NCBI RefSeq assembly: GCF_006345805.1
Contig: NC_043015.1
Coordinates: 53,754,001-53,818,000 of the forward strand
Origin: Octopus sinensis
Taxonomy: Eukaryota
Reading direction: 5' to 3'
DNA length: 64,000 nt
Shown here: piece after piece, positions 13,110-26,611 of the stretch
Position numbering within the stretch: position 1 is the stretch's first letter
Layout: every line of letters starts with the position of its first letter
Notes under the pieces: model-generated
Seen by the model: only the letters and a program-made list of their open reading frames with translations
Database searches by the model: none
What the model was told of the DNA's origin: nothing
Translations under genes and position numbers: made by a program

Positions 13110-13851
13110 CATATACATACGAACACACATGTCCGACATTGTGTTTGTATCTCTCTCTCTGCAAGTAAATATGTAAACATATAGACACATATTAATAGAT
13201 ATACATAGGCAGAAATGGAGAGAAGGAGAAAGACATACATCTACATGCTCACACACACACACACACGCACACACATATATATATATATTCTTACACACAA
13301 ACATATGATCTATTCATAAATGGATGTTTCGGTTGATTTTTGCAATGCAAAACATAGCATGATACGAGAGTGTATAAATTGACAAACGTTACGATTTCTC
13401 TATTTCTGTGTTTGTGAGAGAGAGACAAACAGACAGAGAGAAACAGAGTGAGACACAGAGAGACACAGAGAGAAAGAGATAGACAGAGATAGACAGACAG
13501 TCAGAGGCAGAGAGAGAGACACACAGAGAGAAAGAGACAAAGAGAGACAGACAGGCAGAGGGAACGTGTGAGAGACATCGTACATCGTCATGTAAATTTC
13601 TGATACTTTTCGTGTTTCCATAAATCATCCTCTAAGCACAATTACAGAGAAGATGTTGGGAATCTGTCAGCATACCAATGATATAATAAACATGTAGACT
13701 TAGAAATTTCTCAGACATATTCTTTCAGTATTGCTACCACTTCTAATAGTCCTATTGTACTAATAATATACTAGTAAATATATCTATCTATATATCTATA
13801 TATCTATCTATATATCTATATATCTATCTACTGTATATATATATATAAATA

Positions 13852-13885
<34 letters not shown>

Positions 13886-14329
13886 GGCGAACACAGGCTG
13901 GAATGTCTCGCATTGTTATATATTTTTAGAAATGTATAAGAGTTTCCGTTATAATGGCTGTTTCAGGCATCCGGCGAATGTTCACGCTCTCCTAGCTAAT
14001 TATAAAAGAATGATTAGTTTTGTGTGTATCTATGTCTGCCTGTTCATCTGTCTATCTGTCTTCCTCTCTGTCTGTCTGTCTATCTATCTATCTATGTATC
14101 TATCTCACTCGCTCTCTTTTTCTCTCTCTTTATCTCCCTTATTCTCTTTCTATATATATATGTATGTATATATTTAGATATATATATACATACACACGCG
14201 CACACACATACATTTATACACACACGCACACATATATACGTATAAGAATATATATATATTAATGAATGTATGTGAATGTAAGTAAGTTTGACTATATATG
14301 GATGTACGTAGATGTGTGTGTGTGAATAC

Positions 14330-14940
14330 ACGACAGGCTTCTTTCAGTTTCCGCCAAGCAAATCCACTAACAAGGCTTTGATCTGTCCGAGGCCATAGTA
14401 CAAGATACTGGCTCAAGTTGCCACGCAGAAGAACCGTTAGGAATCGATCCTTGTACCACGTACCCATGACTGCGCTTGTTCACTATTGCGAAACACTTAT
14501 AGCTGTGGCACAGGGTTTCGCATTAGTCATGCCAAGAAAATGTTTTCTTTTAATAAAGGAAATAAGAAAACCACAATTTAAGACGCTTGCAATGAGTAGA
14601 AAATAAAAGCTTGCCTCTTAACCATGTGATCTTCGGTTCAGTCCTGCTGCGTGGTAACTTGAGCGACTGTCTTCCATTATAGTCTCGTGCAGACCAAAGC
14701 CCCGTGAGCGGATTTGGTTAACAGAAGCGGAAAGAAACGCGTCGCATATATAGATATATTCTTTAATCTTCGTGTGTGGATACGTGTATATATACGTTCA
14801 CACGCACCATATATTAATATCACCGTGATCACCGTGACCGACCAGGTTATCAGATGTTGTTACACATCGCTGGTCACAATGTGCTTCACATTGTTTTAGC
14901 CTTCAAAATGACGCCACCCCGCTGGCTAAGCGAGCAGGCC
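14330..14940. mobile_element. Cluster of partial SINEs (B minus ~14330-14420, B plus ~14608-14745, C minus ~14820-14940)
   Basis: Direct similarity to the family B and C copies above. Confidence 0.7.
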
Positions 14941-14958
14941 ATATATTAATATATATAT

Positions 14959-15041
<83 letters not shown>

Positions 15042-15640
15042 GTTTTTGCTACTACGTTTCGTATCGAGACATCTTCGTTACACTTTAATACAAAATTCAA
15101 AATTCTAATCCTCGCCATGATTAATTGTGAAGTGATTATCTCCCTTACAATAACTAGCGCCATGACATACCACGTATCGTAATTATATAAACTTTTCTAG
15201 AAGCATTTTTGCTCAAATCTTATTCGATTCGAGTTTTTTTTCTTATCAGAGACAATGCAGATAGTTAAGAAAAATATCTTGAGAATCTTCATATTATATT
15301 ATTATCTAAGATAGTAATTCTCCAGATATTTCAGACTCAAGTATAGTATAGTTAAGCTGTAAACGATATCGCGGGAGAAGAAATACTGGCCTCACGACGA
15401 GATATAACAGACGATAATGAGTGGCTACAAAATAACTACCAGCCAGATGAAAATAATATTTGCGTGGTTTAGGTCATTTCACATATCCTTGGTTTCGGGT
15501 TCAGACCCACATCTCGATACATGGTATGTCATGGCGCTAGTTATTATAAGGGAGATAATCACTTTAGGATTAATCATGGCGAGGGTTAGAATTTTGAATT
15601 GAAGTGTAACGAAGATGATGTCTAAATACGAAACATGGGT
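15042..15640. repeat. Inverted-repeat cassette (arms ~15055-15180 and ~15515-15635) with degenerate hammerhead-like motifs; probable PLE remnant
   Basis: aactagcgccatgacataccacgtatcg vs cgatacatggtatgtcatggcgctagtt; each arm carries gtaacgaagatg...tacgaaac. Confidence 0.65.
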
Positions 15641-15762
15641 TCAGGCCCACATCTTCTGCTATAGCTTCGGGCTAAACAATGAGTTTGGTAGATGGATGCT
15701 CTGCGGAGCGACTCCGCACACACACACACACACACATACATATACATACATACATACATACA

Positions 15763-15794
<32 letters not shown>

Positions 15795-15811
15795 GGTGCG
15801 TGTGTGTGTGT

Positions 15812-16170
15812 GAGGTCGCTCTTGGCCGCAACTGGTAACATGTAACCCAGTACAACCTGTTTCATGGTCGGGTCGTCGACGACTAATTTGGCCACCCCAT
15901 CAAGCTTGCTTGGTGAGGAGGGTGACATTGGACAACTTGCGGGACAAAACTTATGACCCGTCAAAGGGCGTAAAAACTCATGAGCAGTCACCGGACATCC
16001 AACAATATGTGAGCATGTGTATACATGCATGTATGTGCGGGGATATGGAAATACCGGGGTTGGTGTCGAGGCCCGCGGTTGGCCCACTGGGAGTGGGAGG
16101 CCCCTCTGTTGTTTTCACAACATCTCTCTCGGGGAGGGAAACTCTGAGAGAAACCCTTCTCTACCCATCC
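15812..16170 (+). mobile_element. Structured GC-rich segment, probable non-LTR retrotransposon 5'UTR
   Basis: Successive hairpins actgg/ccagt, gtcg/cgac, catcaagc/gcttggtg, tctc/gaga; assignment is inference. Confidence 0.4.
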
Positions 16171-16766
16171 TTTAACGCCATGCCAACATATCACACCACA
16201 TCCCACGCCTCACACATATTCATTACTTATATTCTTATCTCTTCCTACCCTTCCCATACTCCTCTCCCATCCTCCCCAAAATACCTTGACTACCAACTAA
16301 CACTCCTTTTTTCACTTTCTTACACTTTGTTTTCCATTTTCACTTCCTCTTTCCTTCATCCTTTTTTCTCACCTTTTCCTTTGACCTCTCCCTTCATTTT
16401 AACATACACATCGCTTCTCCCCTCTCTATTCACTTAATACTTCCACTACATTCAAAATTTTTCATTCACACCACAAAACCCATTTGAATAAACAGCACAT
16501 AGTGTCTACGTTTCCACACTTTCCATTTATTGTGATAAAATATGAACTCCTATTGGAATTTACATGCAATGGACAAGAAGCATTTCTACCACTTCTACAC
16601 ACCACTTTCCTTGGACAATGGAACTGCAATTATAATATCTTTATACACTTTTAATTTTATTTCTACATTCATCCTCCTATTTCCCTATATACTCCTTATT
16701 TGCTTCCTTTCCCAAAATAACTCATCATATTGAACACTATGTCCCTCTATTTAACCACGTCACATC

Positions 16767-16814
16767 GTCTCTAATGAAGGGGTGTCCCTAATATACCAGA
16801 AACAGGTGTAAGAC
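16767..16814 (+). ncRNA. Type I hammerhead motif (G5->A)
   Basis: GTCT-CTAATGA-A-GG...CC-A-GAAAC-AggT-GTA-AGAC; helix I GTCT/AGAC, helix III ACA/TGT. Confidence 0.65.
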
Positions 16815-17741
16815 TAACTTTCTCATTATAAATGTCCTGAAAATTCCACTCAGCCTTGGTTTCTTGTTTCATTTTATTTAACACACACACACATACACAC
16901 ACACATACACACACATTCAAGTACACATATGTGTGCGAGAGTAAGGCGGATTTCTATGCAGCTACAGTTTCTGTCTACCGACTCCACTCACAGGATTCGA
17001 AGCTATATTAGAAGACACTTTCTCAAGGTGCTGACTGGTGAGATTGAAACTAACACCACGTGAATAGAAAACGATCTACCTTAACCATGCACCCATGCCT
17101 GCGCCTTTGGAACCATTTTTCCTTTTCTTTTTCTCGGATTATATTTTCTTTTATTTTCACCGGATATAAGTTGAACAAAAACAAAACAAAAAAACAAAAA
17201 TCTTGTTGCTTACTTGATATCGAAACCGAATCGCTGTAGCTGGGCACTGTCAGAGTACATCATGCCTAATGACATAAATATAGTCTACACCAATGTTAGT
17301 TGCTCATCAATCATTCAGTGATCACTACAGCAGCTTACAGGAGACGTAAACAGCAATGGATTAGCATGCGGGGTTTTGTTGTTGTTGTTATATTTTTGCC
17401 AACCTAGATAAACTCAACGCAAAAAGTAAATGAATAAAATAGATTAGTTTGAAAAAATATGAAATAATGTTGTGGTGTTTTTTTTGCTTTTTCTGTGCTT
17501 TTAAAAAGCTTGCATTATAAAGTCCATATATGCAAATGTGAGTGTGAGTGTGTATGTATATAAGACTGTGTGTATGTGTATATGTGTGTGTGTATATGTA
17601 TATACGCGTGTTTGTGAATGTAATATATAAATACTATATATATATATGTGTATATATATATTTATATACACACATACAGAAGTATATGTATATGCATATA
17701 TATGTATATATATATACATATACATATATATTATATAATAT

Positions 17742-17797
<56 letters not shown>

Positions 17798-18504
17798 TAT
17801 ATATATATATCTTGTTTCTCTCCTTGTTTTCCTGTGTCCCTCTCTCTCTATATATATATGCTTACATGCATATTATATGTATATACGTACACACACAAAC
17901 ACATATATAGATACATATATAGATATTTATATACATACATACACACTCAAACACACACGCATATATCCATATGTATATATCCATATGTACCCAGTTGTCT
18001 TATCTTAATAATGTTATGATAGCATTTCGATTTTCGCAGCAAAGCATTATATAACATGGCTAACACATATCTGGATACCAACGGATAATGATTATGAATA
18101 TAATTTATCAAAAACAAACGGAAATAAAATATACCCAAAACGAGAAGACCCACTTCGGAAAAGAAAAAAAATTAGGAAAAACAGCAAAAATACCGAATAA
18201 AACAAGACTAAATGTACATACTTCATTTCACATAAGGCTCCAGACCCAATATTTACATCATTAATATGTAATTTCAGTCTGTATGTATTAATATAGGACC
18301 CGACAAACTAACAGAAATGAAACCACCACGGCTTTTCCTAGTAATCATTGATATCGCCAACGCGTATAGACGTCATGAAGAAGAGAAAACGAAAATGGGA
18401 AAAGCGGAAAAGAGAAAAAAGAAAAGAAACCTCCATTAGTACAGGAGCAAAATAGACAGTAAAAACATACAGCATTATTATCCACTGCATTAATAATAAC
18501 AATG

Positions 18505-18598
<94 letters not shown>

Positions 18599-18669
18599 CG
18601 ATGACGATGATGATGATGATGATGATAATAATAAAATAATAATAATAATAATAATGATAAGTAGTAGTA

Positions 18670-18717
<48 letters not shown>

Positions 18718-18730
18718 TAGTAGTAGTAGT

Positions 18731-19975
18731 CCTTCTTTTATTGGCCACAAGGGCTGCAAACAAAAATAAAAGAAGATACAACAATAAGGACAGTGAGAGT
18801 CTACATACAGTTCGTGTATAGAGGAAGAAATAATCCTTTCTGCTATATGCACAAGGCCTGAAATTTTGGGGGGAGAGAAGGAGATAGTCGATTATATTAA
18901 CTCAGTGCGTAACCGGTTCTTTGTCGTCAACCCAAAACGACAAAAGGCAAAGTCGAGCTCGTCGGAATTTGAACTCAGAACGTAAGAACGAACAAAATGT
19001 TGCGAAGCATCTTTGCCCAGCGTGCTTAACAATTCTGACATCTCACCGCCTTAAGAGTCAGAAATAACAACGATTTACAATAACAGTTTGAACAATAAAT
19101 AAATGGGAAAATTCTCTCAGGAGCAACCAAAGAACCTCACTCATCGTGGATATCTTGAACGCCAAGAGCATCTTGGTGTGGAACTCATCTCTTCTCCATT
19201 TCCCCCCAAATTTAGGCCCATTCACACGGGCCATCCTCGGTGCATTCACACACCTTTCAACAAAATTAGAACGAGGAAGACCTTCCCTCTCCACCCTCAC
19301 TTTCCTCTTCGAGTTGTTTTTTGAAAAAGTCGAGGTGCTCTTAACAGAACAGGAAGGTATCTGTCTTTAGACCTGTCAAACTCATCTACTACACTTCCTC
19401 CTTCGCCACAACCTAAAGACAGAGAGGAAAACTGCCTGCCCTTCCAGGGCAAAAGCTAGCAGGCGATCTTCACGATGGACTTGGTCGCTAACCGAATATG
19501 ACAACAGCTATTCGACAAGGCTTCACATGTCAGCAACGCTCAGACATTGGGTGAAAGCATGTAGAACGATTTCATCAACATGCGCACATCTCGGACACCA
19601 CTTTCGTGTCTGTAGAGCATGTATCGAACCAGCAGAGACCCTCTGGTTGCACTACCAAGCCAGGGATTTCTGGAAATTATCCATAGGCCTCGGCTTGAAT
19701 GTCTTCCGGAAAAGATCAACGAATTGATCTCTCTCGACGCCTAGACATTCTACAATGACGTCATTGCTGTTGCCCGCCATTACTACCCTACAGAACCTCA
19801 ATGTGGAACTGCTACCGCTTTCTGACACTCTAGGTGCCAAGCATTTTTTTCGGTCTACGCTTGATCCAGACTTCTAGCTCCCTCAGTGAGACGAGCTGCA
19901 GGAAAACCTGTCTGAGAAACGGCGACCAAACCTGCTCACCGTTGAGGAAACGCTGGAGAAGTCGCAGCGTTAAGG
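18731..19975 (-). mobile_element. Degenerate Tx1/L1-clade LINE 3' portion, apparently interrupted by a SINE, with tail in (TAG)n
   Basis: Minus-strand remnants FRKTFKPRPMDNFQKSLAW and CPRCAHVDEIVLHAFTQC homologous to the 4128-5424 copy; 3' end gcagcccttgtggccaataaaagaagg abuts (TAG)n. Confidence 0.7.
18850..19052 (-). mobile_element. SINE family A
   Basis: aaggcaaagtcgagctcgtcggaatttgaactcagaacgta is the reverse complement of family A. Confidence 0.8.
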
Positions 19976-20171
19976 CTCAAGCGAACAAACACACCAAACC
20001 TATGCAATGGATGTTGTTTTAACAAGCGTTTTGTAACAAAAGAAACAATTAACAACTTCTGGAGACACAGATTAAAACGCAAAACTTACCAACAAGACAC
20101 GCATATTTCGAGTACGAATAATAATAGCAACAACAGCAATGATGATAATGACGGTGATGATGATGATGATA

Positions 20172-20208
<37 letters not shown>

Positions 20209-20302
20209 CGATGATGATGATGATACTAAGGCCATTATTATGCAAACTTAATAATTATTTAATAAATGAAAACACACACATAAAAATTTAAAAACATGTG
20301 AG

Positions 20303-20350
20303 GTTATATCTGTTTCGTATGTTACCTGGACATATCTATCTTCAAATAAC
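20303..20350 (-). ncRNA. Decayed hammerhead-like motif
   Basis: Minus strand GTTAT-TTGAAGA-TAGATATGT ccaggta ACATAC-GAAAC-AGAT-ATAAC. Confidence 0.4.
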
Positions 20351-20387
20351 TGACAGGCATGTATGTCTACGCGCATATATATATATA

Positions 20388-20452
<65 letters not shown>

Positions 20453-21656
20453 ATACACATACATATTTGTGTATGTGTGTCTTTATATGAGTGTGTATAT
20501 ATATATATATATTTACACTCACCAAATACACACACACGAACACACACACACACACATACGTATACATAATTTTCACTTTACCATTTCACCGAATCAGCTA
20601 CTGTTGTATTAATCCGAGGCAATGAAGTAGCATCTACGACAAGGATTAATTCGCTCCGGAATCTCTGCCTCTACTTGCTGTAGGAAGGTTATCGCCCTTG
20701 TCAGTCAGTTGATAATGCTCTTTGAAGAGAACAGTTGTTTTGACTCTTATTTCTAGCAATACTGATGGTTAGTCGTTGTCTACTTCTTATGCAGAGTTTG
20801 AGCACCTGTATCCACACCTTACAACCATCATGGCATCTGCTGTAGCTTTTTAAACCAGGCAATGTTTTGGAAAGACACCCACATAGATTGCATATCTGAT
20901 TTGGACCATACGTACGTCTATGCATTCATAAATACACTCATAGATACGTACATACACACGAACATGCACACACACACACAAATACAGTTAGAGGTGACAT
21001 ACTTTTAATTAGGAATATCAGCTAAAACCTCAGAGGGATTTCCTTATAATCTCTCATAAGCCGGAGAACCAAAATCATACGTATGCTTTATTAATTTTAC
21101 ATAATTCTATTTTCTCTTCAAGCTGAACGCAGCCGTACAATCTCTACACATTTCTCAGTTTGGCCGCCATTGCTCTCAGTGTCGTTCTTCACTCTCCTCG
21201 TCATTAATATTTAGTATTTTAATAATGTGTGGTCTAGAAAGCTTAAATGCAAAATGTATTGAGGACATGTAATGCGCGGGTGATGGGGACAATGCATTCA
21301 CTTGGAATAAGTAACTTATGGGCACATACTATTGCTATTGAAAGAAAATAATGTATATTTGTGTGTAGTTACATATTTTTTCAGTGTATGTATACACACA
21401 CACACACATATATATATATGTTTATACATATATGTGTATATATATATGTGTATGTATACACACACACACATATATATATATGTTTATACATATATGTGTA
21501 TATATATATCTATACTTATATAAATATATTTATACATATATACATATATATGCATATATTTATATAGATATGTATATATATACACATATATGTATATACG
21601 AGAATATAAATAGATGTATATGTATGCATATATATATTAATGCATGTTTGTATGTA

Positions 21657-21699
<43 letters not shown>

Positions 21700-21999
21700 G
21701 AGTATATGAATAGATATATGTTCATGTATGTATGTCTGTATATATATATTTATATAAATAAGGATAAGATCGTTAATTTAAAAATAAAATAACGATTTTA
21801 TCAAGTGGTAAGTACGGAAAAGGGAAAAAAATGACCTTCAAAAGTAATAATTATTAAAATCATAAATTAGGGTATCTGCGAGATACCACCATGCTGAAAA
21901 TAGCAGTCATGATCTAACCCTAAAACCACCTTAATTGTCCATATATCAACACGGAGAGAAAATAGAGACAAGATGAAACTAGTAAAAAATTACTGGATA

Positions 22000-22058
22000 A
22001 TTCTAGATCCCGCATTTCTGGCTTTGCATTTAGGAATGCTTTGCCTCGTCAGTAGAAT
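22000..22058 (-). ncRNA. Near-intact type I hammerhead ribozyme
   Basis: Minus strand ATTCTA-CTGACGA-GGC aaa GCATT ccta AATGC aaa GCC-A-GAAA-T gcggg A-TC-TAGAAT; 6-bp helix I; AUC site. Confidence 0.8.
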
Positions 22059-22119
22059 ACACACAGAAGAGAAACATAAATACATATGGGAATCCCGCTT
22101 TTAACAGTTAATAAAATGG

Positions 22120-22410
22120 GTGTGCAATTCACCAGAGAGGGGAAGAAGTCCACATCACCTTTCCCAGATCAACCAGCACCCTTTGATAGGACCCTTCTCT
22201 TTATTAAGAGAAGTGTGGAGCATAATCCTCATTGCAAGACCTCTGACATAGTAGAACAAGTTGATGTCATTCCCAGAACAGCTGTCAGGTATCTCCACAG
22301 ACTTGGTTACTATGGCAGCAAGAATGAAGCCACTTCTGCGACCAGCCAGCATCAAACAGAGAAATGATTGTGCCAGTGAGATGGTGGAGAGGTCACTAGC
22401 ATTTTGGGGT
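22120..22410 (+). mobile_element. Tc1-like transposase remnant
   Basis: RTAVRYLHRLGYYG / AARMKPLLRPASIKQRNDCASEMVERSLAFW across a frameshift. Confidence 0.7.
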
Positions 22411-23589
22411 ACGTGGTGTTACATTATTCAACGTTTTTTTTTCATTATATATGACAGCAGAATGTGGCTCCATGGAGATTTGGTTCCTATTTCTATCATT
22501 CCAAGTAACTTACACGCTGTCTCGAATCTTCGATTATTTCTCCAGAAAAAACCAATTAACCTTCAGGCTTTGGCATGAAGGCCTACGATCGCTGACACAT
22601 GTAGGGAAGGCAGACAAAAAGAGAGATAGAGAGCGAGAGGAAAGAGAGTGAGAGAGAGAGTGAGAGAGAAGGAGGAAGTAAGGGAGAGAGCGAGAGTGGG
22701 ATGGAGAGAACTAGCAGCAAATCATGGGCAAAATTTATGAATAATTTGGTTCTGAAATTGCAAGTTTGTTTCCCAGTGTGGAAGCGATTCTTATAATGGC
22801 AGAAAGTAAAGCCGATGTAAAACACAGAAATAAAACATCTGACTGTATTCATGGACACATCCAGAATTAGAGGATAAACGCAAACCTTATTTCTACAAGG
22901 TCAGTCTACACAACGAGGTTTAGAGACTTCTGTATGGAGGGATTATTTCTTGGCAAGTAAATTTTGTATTTGGATTAGCAATTATTATCTTCCCTTTTGA
23001 CAAGGTTACTTTGCCACAAAGACACTTCGTCTCTTTCTCCTCTGGAAGAATACCATTGGTATCCATCCAAATCCGAATTCTGTACATGTTCAATGCAAGA
23101 GAATATTACGGGCGCCATATTTTGCGATGGAAATTCAATAGAAAAACGAGAATATGACATTATTGTGTGAAGTTTCTTGGATGGAGTAGAGTGGGGATCA
23201 CTGCAATTTGAAGCAAAGTAAATTTTCTTGTAAATGATACGTTTTTGTTGGTGTGGTTCGGTACTTTTTGTTATAATCCTTTTTTACATTATATTCTTTA
23301 AAGAGAGAGGAAAGAAACTAAAATGTATTCTTCATCGAAATGATTCACATAAATATCTAGGAATTCCGACTCGACCAATGTCAAACTCGGTTCTATCTCA
23401 TTATCTCTTGAATTTGAAGAAAGAAGCAACACTTTATTTCAGATTCTTTTATGTGTGTGTGAGTTTGTACATACAAACGCACTCACTCACTGTCCCTCTC
23501 TCATGCACATGCACACATACACACACGCATACATACACACATATAGACATGCATTGAAATGTTGGTATTATATATATATATACATCTGC

Positions 23590-23627
<38 letters not shown>

Positions 23628-23759
23628 ATTGACATATATATGTAGATATATGTGTATAAAATATATGTATATACATAAATGTAGATGAATGTGTAGTTAT
23701 AGACAAGCATATATATAAACATATTAGACATGCATATATGTACATATATATATATATAT

Positions 23760-23805
<46 letters not shown>

Positions 23806-23806
<1 letters not shown>

Positions 23807-26565
23807 AGGCCTATTGGATTAGTGTTCTGTTATGCCTTCGAAACATGCCTGACTCCTCTAGCGACAGCTGATGACGGGGGTTTTGTCTTGTGTAACCTGT
23901 CCTGTATTTGGTTTTCGTTTTTCCTTTTCTTGTTTTTTGTTTTTTGCTTTTTCTGTTTCTACGTCTTATTGTGATGTCCTGTACTTCCGTATAATTATTA
24001 TATATGCATGTATATATACATGTAGATGTAGGTACGTACATATATGTTTGTATGTATGCATATATTTTTATTTATCTCCTTATTGTCTGACAGCGCCCCG
24101 CATCAGGTTCGTTCCGATTCGTCGTTTCGATCCACTTCTTGGTCCCCTTTTTTTATATTAATATTATTATATTGAAGATGCGGTACTCTCTCCCTTTGCT
24201 TAACCTCTTCAATTCTTCTCCCTCCCCCTCCTCCTCTCTTCGCGCGTGTCCCCCTCCTCCTTCCCTCTTCCTTGCCTATAAAACAAAATTCCTTTACACG
24301 GGTTACCACTATTGAAAAGACTGCCTCCACGCGTGCTACTACACTTTCGTCCTTGCCAGCAAAAAGGCTTCTTCGTTCGTCCCCTTGTGTGGTTAATTTC
24401 CTGTATAGTATCTTGTTTTTTCTCGTTTTGTAACTAATTGTACTTTTTGTACATGTATTATATTTTTGCAGTTTTATTGTTGTCTATGCCAGAAAAAAGG
24501 CTTTTTGGTTCGTCCTCTTGTGTTTGTTTTTGTACATGTATTTTAATTTTGCAGTCTTATTGTTACGTCTTGTTTGTGTTCGTACTCATTGTGCCCCGCT
24601 GCTTGAAATTTTATTTTAATTCTCTCGCAGGAAGGCCTATTGGATTAGTGTTCTGTTATGCCTTCGAAACATGCCTGACTCCTCTAGCGACAGCTGATGA
24701 CGGGGGTTTTGTCCTTGTGTAACCTGTCCTGTATTTGGTTTTCGTTTTCCGTTTTCTTGTTTTTTGTTTTTTGGCTTTTTCTGGTCTACGTCTTATTGTG
24801 ATGTCCTGTACTTCCGTATAATTATTTATATATGCATGTATATATACATGTAGATGTAGGTACGTACATATATTTTGTATGTATGCATATATTTTTATTT
24901 ATCTCCTTATTGTCTGACAGCGCCCCGCATCAGGTCGTTCCGATTCGTCGTTTCGATCCACTTCTTGGTCCCCTTTTTTTATATTAATATTATTATATTG
25001 AAGATGCGGTACTCTCTCCCTTTGCTTTAACTCTTCAATCTTTCTCCCTCCCCCTCCTCCTCTCTCTTCGCCGCGTGTCCCCCTCCTCCTTCCCTCTTCT
25101 TGCCTATAAAACAAAATTCCTTTACACGTGGTTACCACTATTGAAAAGACTGCCTCCACGCGCTGCTACTACACTTTCGTCCTTGCCAGCAAAAAGGCTT
25201 CTTCGTTCGTCCCCTTGTGTGGTTAATTTCTGTATAGTATTCTTGTATTTTCTCGTTTTGTAACTAATTGTACTTTTTGTACATGATTTTATTTTTGCAG
25301 TTTTATTGTTTGTCTATGCCAGAAAAAAGGCTTTTTGGTTCGTCCTCTTGTGTTTGTTTTTGTACATGTATTTTAATTTTGCAGTCTTATTGTTACGTTG
25401 TTTGTGTTCGTACTCATTGTGCCCCGCTGCTTGAATTTTATTTTAATTCTCTCGCAGGAAGGCCTATGGATTAGTGTTCTGTTATGCCTTCGAACATGCC
25501 TGACTCCTCTAGCGACAGCTGATGACGGGGGTTTTGTCCTTGTGTAACCTGTCCTGTATTTGGTTTTCGTTTTCCGTTTTCTTGTTTTTTGTTTTTGGCT
25601 TTTTCTGTTTCCAGTCTTATTGTGATGTCCTGTACTTCCGTATAATTATATATATGCATGTATATATACATGTAGATGTAGGTACGTACATATATGTTTG
25701 TATGTATGCATATATTTTTATTTATCTCCTTATTGTCTGACAGCGCCCCGCATCAGGTTCGTTCCGATTCGTCGTTTCGATCCACTTCTTGGTCCCCTTT
25801 TTTTATATTAATATTATTATATTGAAGATGCGGTACTCTCTCCCTTTGCTTTAACCTCTTCAATCTTTTTCCCTCCCCCTCCTCCTCTCTCTTCCTTTCG
25901 CCGCGGTGTCCCCTCCTCCTTCCCTCTTCCTTGCCTATAAAACAAAATTCCTTTACACGTGGTTACCACTATTGAAAAGACTGCCTCCACGCGCTGCTAC
26001 TACACTTTCGTCCTTGCAGCAAAAAGGCTTCTTCGTTCGTCCCCTTGTGTGGTTAATTTCCTGTATAGTATTCTTGTTATTTTCTCGTTTTGTAACTAAT
26101 TGTACTTTTTGTACATGTATTTTTATTTTTGCAGTTTTATTGTTGGTATGCCAGAAAAAAGGCTTTTTGGTTCGTCCTCTTGTGTTTGTTTTTGTACATG
26201 TATTTTAATTTTGCAGTCTTATGTTACGTCTTGTTTGTGTTCGTACTCATTGTGCCCCGCTGCTTGAAATTTTATTTTAATTCTCTCGCAGGAAGGCCTA
26301 TTGGATTAGTGTTCTGTTATGCCTTCGAAACATGCCTGACTCCTCTAGCGACAGCTGATGACGGGGGTTTTGTCCTTGTGTAACCTGTCCTGTATTTGGT
26401 TTTCGTTTTCCGTTTTCTTGTTTTTTGTTTTTGGCTTTTTCTGTTTCTACGTCTTATTGTGATGTCCTGTACTTCCGTATAATATTTATATATGCATGTA
26501 TATATACATGTAGATGTAGGTACGTACATATATGTTTGTATGTATGCATATATTTTTATTTATCT

Positions 26566-26568
<3 letters not shown>
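23806..26568. repeat. ~830-bp unit tandem concatemer (~3.3 copies) inserted in (TA)n
   Basis: Unit start aaggcctat(t)ggattagtgttc at 23806, 24632, 25459 and 26293; last copy partial; (TA)n on both sides. Confidence 0.95.

Positions 26569-26611
<43 letters not shown>

Noticed and set aside
22710-23240. Unique-looking segment as a host exon
   Set aside because: Stops interrupt the frames I read and no recognisable motif was found; a short exon cannot be excluded without RNA-seq
23806-26568. CRISPR-like or coding interpretation of the tandem array
   Set aside because: Whole ~830-bp units repeat with no unique spacers; eukaryotic context; ORFs differ between copies
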